A DNA stretch of 64,000 nucleotides from an uncultured candidate division Zixibacteria bacterium (GTDB lineage Bacteria; Zixibacteria; MSB-5A5; UBA10806). Both the position numbers and the translations under genes were made by a program. The notes beneath the pieces are model-generated. The model did not search any database, was not told the origin of the DNA, and was given only the letters and a program-made list of their open reading frames with translations. The stretch covers positions 224,001-288,000 of the forward strand of contig CAWDFP010000007.1 in assembly GCA_963801605.1 (NCBI GenBank), written 5' to 3'. Shown here one piece after another: positions 59,836-64,000 of the stretch; positions within the stretch are counted from its first letter, which is position 1; each line of letters opens with the position of its first letter.

Positions 59836-61584
59836 TTAAAGATAATCCGGCGGGCAATCTGAGCAGAAGAGGAACCTATGAAAGCGGCCCTTTAGATAAC
59901 CAACGTAATATGTGACATCCATGCCATTAAAACTGCAGGAGCCGTTAACGTCCCCTGCTCCATAAAAGGGTGCTTCCTCATTTGGACAACTGCATTCAAC
60001 AGCAGGCAGGCCCCTGCCACCCCTGAAAAAGTTAACCGCATAAACTATATCGCCGCCATTTGTCTGATTATCCCCGTTAATATCCCCCGGCATGTATGAG
60101 CATCTCACTGGCCCGTCCCTGAATGAGAATTGTTCAATAAGGGGAGTTGTGGGAATTTGGTCAGCAGGTATTTTCTGATAGATAACGTAGTTTTGGCTGG
60201 GCCAGCCCTCATGGTCTTGATATATACCGCCATCTTTATCTAATATATAGACAACATGCAGGGTATCATTTGCAATTTCATATAATGAAGCTTGCACCTC
60301 GGAGGCGCATTCTCCCGCACTGCAGTAAGGCGTGTGAGTATCTGTAATATTGGTTCCCAAAGACCAGTTGAGACCGTTATCTGTAGATACTGTGACCCAT
60401 TGATCGGCTACTCCGAAGCCGTTGCCGGAATGCTCCTCCATATAATACCGTTCATAAAGCATATAGAGATAACCATTGATGGGATTTATCGCCATTTGGG
60501 GCTTATCGACAAAACAACTATAATGCCCAAAACCGGACGGGTATGCATTGGGAATCCAGCCACTTGCCGCCACCGTAAAAGAGTCCAGATCTTCGCTCCA
60601 GTGCCACAGAAAGCACATGTTATAGGCAATCCTGGAGCTTTCTGGCTCACTTCTATTTATTTCATACTCAAGCGTCTTGAAGGCGATATGAATATTAGCC
60701 GCATAATCAAATATGGCATCAACGTCCATAAACGGCCTGAAAACATCACTCTCCGCAAAATTGGTGATGTTATTTTTTGCCTGGAGATCCCAATTTATTC
60801 CATCGGGAGAGGAAATGATATATATATCCTGATCAAAATCCAAACCGTACACGCCCGTATCCGAAAACACTCTTTGTCTCAAATAAGAAATTGCTTCCTT
60901 ATGGCTAACAGGCGAAACGGCAATGCAATAAGCCTGATTGGTCGAGGTATCCACACATTGCCAGCCGCTAAAATTATAGGGGTCTAAAACATAACTGCCA
61001 AAATATAGGCGGGAGCACCCTAATCCATCGCTTCCTTCTGCAAGCAATTGAACGCAACCATTATTAAAAATAGCGTATGATGGTACAAATTCATGGGGTG
61101 AATTAACCGTGTCAATCCGCATGGTTGTGAAGCTATCGGCATTCCACTTGGCGCGAACCATGTATGTAATTGGAGATGCTAAAACTATCTCTACATCGTC
61201 CAGGCCGCCGTAATTACCCGGCAAAAGAACTGAGTGGCACTCATTATGATAGGAGCCTGAAAACATCTCTAGGCCGCTATCGCCATAAACCCAGCCTAAA
61301 TTGGGAGTATAATAGTTGAACGCGCTATAAGAACTCCAATAGAATGATTGTGGGGCATAGCTCCAGGCTATATATATATTGCCGCCTATTGTATCCATAG
61401 CCATCATTGAGCCAGCATTGTGGCTGCCCCACTGCTTCTCGCACCAAGTAATGCCCACCGTATCTACCTCGCCTATGGGTTCGGCTATCGCCTCATTGCA
61501 GAAATACGATATAAACAAAGAAAAGACTGCGACCAAGAACCTGGACCTCACACCCAGCATAAAAGCCTCGCTCCTTGCCCCCAA
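59836..61584 (-). CDS. Exported Asp-box/BNR beta-propeller-like protein with dockerin, tandem paralog of 57865..59574
   Basis: Shared EPIGEVDTVGITW, WHWSE, VSTDNGLNWS, YQKIPAD..PTTPLIEQFSFR.GPVRCSY and dockerin. Confidence 0.85.
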   Translation of the reverse strand: MGARSEAFMLGVRSRFLVAVFSLFISYFCNEAIAEPIGEVDTVGITWCEKQWGSHNAGSMMAMDTIGGNIYIAWSYAPQSFYWSSYSAFNYYTPNLGWVYGDSGLEMFSGSYHNECHSVLLPGNYGGLDDVEIVLASPITYMVRAKWNADSFTTMRIDTVNSPHEFVPSYAIFNNGCVQLLAEGSDGLGCSRLYFGSYVLDPYNFSGWQCVDTSTNQAYCIAVSPVSHKEAISYLRQRVFSDTGVYGLDFDQDIYIISSPDGINWDLQAKNNITNFAESDVFRPFMDVDAIFDYAANIHIAFKTLEYEINRSEPESSRIAYNMCFLWHWSEDLDSFTVAASGWIPNAYPSGFGHYSCFVDKPQMAINPINGYLYMLYERYYMEEHSGNGFGVADQWVTVSTDNGLNWSLGTNITDTHTPYCSAGECASEVQASLYEIANDTLHVVYILDKDGGIYQDHEGWPSQNYVIYQKIPADQIPTTPLIEQFSFRDGPVRCSYMPGDINGDNQTNGGDIVYAVNFFRGGRGLPAVECSCPNEEAPFYGAGDVNGSCSFNGMDVTYYVGYLKGRFHRFLFCSDCPPDYL

Positions 61585-61621
61585 CTAAACCACAGCTTGC
61601 AGAATCATTGTATGCCATAAA

Positions 61622-61650
61622 ATAATATTAATCATGTATAAAAAAGTCAA
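61622..61650 (-). promoter_or_regulatory. Putative sigma70 promoter of the dockerin-paralog array
   Basis: TTGACT-17 nt-TATTAT on the minus strand. Confidence 0.55.
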
Positions 61651-61687
61651 GTAAAAATAATGGATTAATTGGCAGTTATAATAACTT

Positions 61688-61717
61688 CAGCCCCCGGTCC
61701 TTATGAACCAGGGGCTG
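61688..61717. terminator. GC-rich hairpin downstream of the LVIVD gene
   Basis: CAGCCCCCGGTCC-TTAT-GAACCAGGGGCTG; weak U-tract. Confidence 0.45.
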
Positions 61718-61857
61718 CTATTCGGAGAACTATGCTGTAATAGCTAATTCAGATGCGCTAACATCGCCGGATGAACATCCGTGAGCTTGCGTTTGAGTAT
61801 CGTGCGTCCCCGCGACAGACGGCTGCTTCGGGCCTCCGGCCTCGTCTGCCCCCGCAA

Positions 61858-63984
61858 TTATTTCATCAGCACCATCTTAATATTCTGGCTCTTCTCCCCC
61901 GCATCGAGACGGGCGAAATAAACACCGGAGGGAAAATCTTTGGCATCCCAAACTATCTGATGCTCTCCCGCCGTCTTAGTTCCCTCAAACAGAGCCGTCA
62001 CCTTCTGACCAAGCAGGTTATAGATTGATATTGTAACGGAGCCAGCATCAGGCAAAGAATAGCTTATGGTTGTTTGGGCGTTGAAGGGGTTGGGATAGTT
62101 TTGAGAGAGGGTTAGCTCATATGGGAGGCTGACGTTTTCTATTAATTTTGTTTCGGGGTCCCTGAATATTATCAAGGAATATGTATCACAATAATATATA
62201 TAGCCACCTGAAGACGATATCGCTGCTGCAAGACCGGGAGTAATAAACCTCGAGGTTAGATGAGGGTGAGCAGGATCCGCTATATCGATTATTATTAGGC
62301 TGCTCTTCTGCTCCTCCTGATACCAGCTATCCGCCATAAAAGCATAATTGCCTAAAATGGTAACGCCCTTGGCATTACCAGGAGTGTCACAGGCCCCAAT
62401 AAATATAGGGGTTGTTGGCTCAGTAATATCCAAGATTAATAATCCATTCGCTCCGTCTGCGATAAATGCATAGTTCCCCGAAACAAACACATCTTGCGCG
62501 TATCCCGAGGTAATATATCTGCTTGTAAATATAGGATTTAAAGGATCGGTGATATTTATAATTAGTAAGGAGCTAACGTCGGCCAAATATGCGTAACCCT
62601 CGGAAACAAATACTTTACAAGTCCACCCGGGGGTGCCGTAGGCCCCTACTGAAATCGGATTCGCCGCATCAGAAATATCTACTATTTCATAACCGTACTC
62701 GCCTTCAGCGACATAAGCATAACTGCCGGAAATAGCCACATTATATGCTTTCGATGTTAGCCGACAAGCGCCTGCAAAAACTGGATTGTGAGGAACCTGC
62801 ACGTTTACTATCAATAAACCAGCTGTATCATCAGCGATGTATGCATATTCAGAAAATTGAGATGTCCCCCAAGCCCCGGCAGGAGTTTTATATGTTCCGA
62901 CCACAATAGGATTGAAGGGATTGGCGATATCTAAAATCTGAAGGCCGCTCCCCCAATTTGCCACATAAGCGTATTCCCCAGTAATTGATACTCCAAGCAC
63001 GTAATCCGGCGTGGAATATCTTCCCACAACTCGGGGCAAACGAGGATTCGCTACGTCGACGATCTGAAGTCCGCCCAAATCGGCGGCAACATAGGCGAGG
63101 CCATTCAGGACAGAAATGCCAATAGAATGGCCCTGAAAATCGCATCCCCCCACAAAAATTGGATTGACGGGATCAGCAACATTAATAACTTGAAGGCCGT
63201 TATCGCCGTCTGCCATGTAAGCATAATCCCTTGAAACTGCAATGTCTTCAGTAAAATCTTGAGTAGCATATGAGCCAACGATGGATGGGAATGTGGGATC
63301 GGATACATCTACTATTTGCATACCCCCTCTCCCGGCAGCGACATATGCATATTCACCCGAGATAATTACTTGATTTGAATAACCATCGTCAGCGGTATTA
63401 CCTACTAGAACGGGGTAATTAGGATTCGAGACATCTACAACTATTAGAGTACTTCCTGAATTGGCCAAATAGGCATAGCTTCCGGATACAAAAACCCCAT
63501 AAATATTTATGGAATTGTTATAATCTCCAATAAACTCGGGATTGGCAGGGTTAGAAATATCCATTATTTGAAGACCGGCCCTATCAGACGCGACATACGC
63601 ATATCGGCCCGATACATAGACATCCCAGGCATATCCGGAAACATAAAGACTCCCAATAAGACTTGGAATCGAAGGATCTGAAATGTCAATTACTTTAAGA
63701 CCGCCTGCGATATCCGCAAAGAAAGCGTAATTACCGGAAATAAATACTCCATAACCGGTTCCCTGCAAAAAAAGCCGGCTTGTAAGCGTTGGTGAGGCTG
63801 AATTTGAGATATCGAAAATCGCCATTCCATCGAAGAAAGCGCAATAAGCGTAATGTCCTGAGATTTTAACATCGTTGACCCCCGTCCAAAGCTCTGAACC
63901 TACATATTCAATATTTTGCGCGCTTGCAGTAAACGAAATGGTAATTAGAAATAAGGATATTGCTATTATCGCCAGCTTTTTCAA
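61858..63984 (-). CDS. Exported LVIVD-repeat protein with NYPNPFN sorting domain
   Basis: About 13 V.VSGxYAYVA...GL.I.D(I/V)S.P..P repeats; signal peptide; AAGGAGG RBS before TTG; C-terminal sorting domain. Confidence 0.92.
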   Translation of the reverse strand: MKKLAIIAISLFLITISFTASAQNIEYVGSELWTGVNDVKISGHYAYCAFFDGMAIFDISNSASPTLTSRLFLQGTGYGVFISGNYAFFADIAGGLKVIDISDPSIPSLIGSLYVSGYAWDVYVSGRYAYVASDRAGLQIMDISNPANPEFIGDYNNSINIYGVFVSGSYAYLANSGSTLIVVDVSNPNYPVLVGNTADDGYSNQVIISGEYAYVAAGRGGMQIVDVSDPTFPSIVGSYATQDFTEDIAVSRDYAYMADGDNGLQVINVADPVNPIFVGGCDFQGHSIGISVLNGLAYVAADLGGLQIVDVANPRLPRVVGRYSTPDYVLGVSITGEYAYVANWGSGLQILDIANPFNPIVVGTYKTPAGAWGTSQFSEYAYIADDTAGLLIVNVQVPHNPVFAGACRLTSKAYNVAISGSYAYVAEGEYGYEIVDISDAANPISVGAYGTPGWTCKVFVSEGYAYLADVSSLLIINITDPLNPIFTSRYITSGYAQDVFVSGNYAFIADGANGLLILDITEPTTPIFIGACDTPGNAKGVTILGNYAFMADSWYQEEQKSSLIIIDIADPAHPHLTSRFITPGLAAAISSSGGYIYYCDTYSLIIFRDPETKLIENVSLPYELTLSQNYPNPFNAQTTISYSLPDAGSVTISIYNLLGQKVTALFEGTKTAGEHQIVWDAKDFPSGVYFARLDAGEKSQNIKMVLMK

Positions 63985-64000
63985 TTTGGGCCTCCTTCGA

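Noticed and set aside
61846..61857. CTGCCCCCGCAA resembling a cobalamin riboswitch segment
   Set aside because: Other conserved elements are absent and it points into the 3' end of a convergent gene; it overlaps a palindrome arm.

Overview
Gene-dense bacterial window of moderate GC. The secretome style (many large signal-peptide proteins ending in either a Cys-rich dockerin-like repeat or an 'NYPNPFN' FlgD/T9SS-type-A-like sorting domain) suggests an FCB-related candidate-phylum organism such as Zixibacteria; this is inference only. Contents: (i) about 13 exported modular proteins, including two C25 gingipain-like proteins (one >1,560 aa and absent from the ORF track), two M14 carboxypeptidases, an M1 aminopeptidase, an exported class II amidotransferase-like Ntn hydrolase and several beta-propeller proteins; (ii) acyl-CoA and amino-acid catabolism genes (thiolase, hbd, two acyl-CoA dehydrogenases, methylmalonyl-CoA mutase and epimerase, tyrosine phenol-lyase, malic enzyme); (iii) housekeeping and regulatory genes (birA, nadC, ligA, ECF sigma/anti-sigma, a two-component pair, transporters). 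Nine genes, including essential ligA, are broken by single-base indels (almost all +1), best read as sequencing errors. Top leads: an unannotated 45-codon membrane ORF with an in-frame UGA followed by a SECIS-like hairpin (candidate small selenoprotein); a two-address-tag protease secretome that could form a cellulosome-like peptidase complex; C25 proteases lacking the canonical catalytic His; a recurrent 'IL-D' motif at propeptide boundaries; and a collapsed remnant of a third dockerin gene. No rRNA, tRNA, CRISPR array or transposase was seen.
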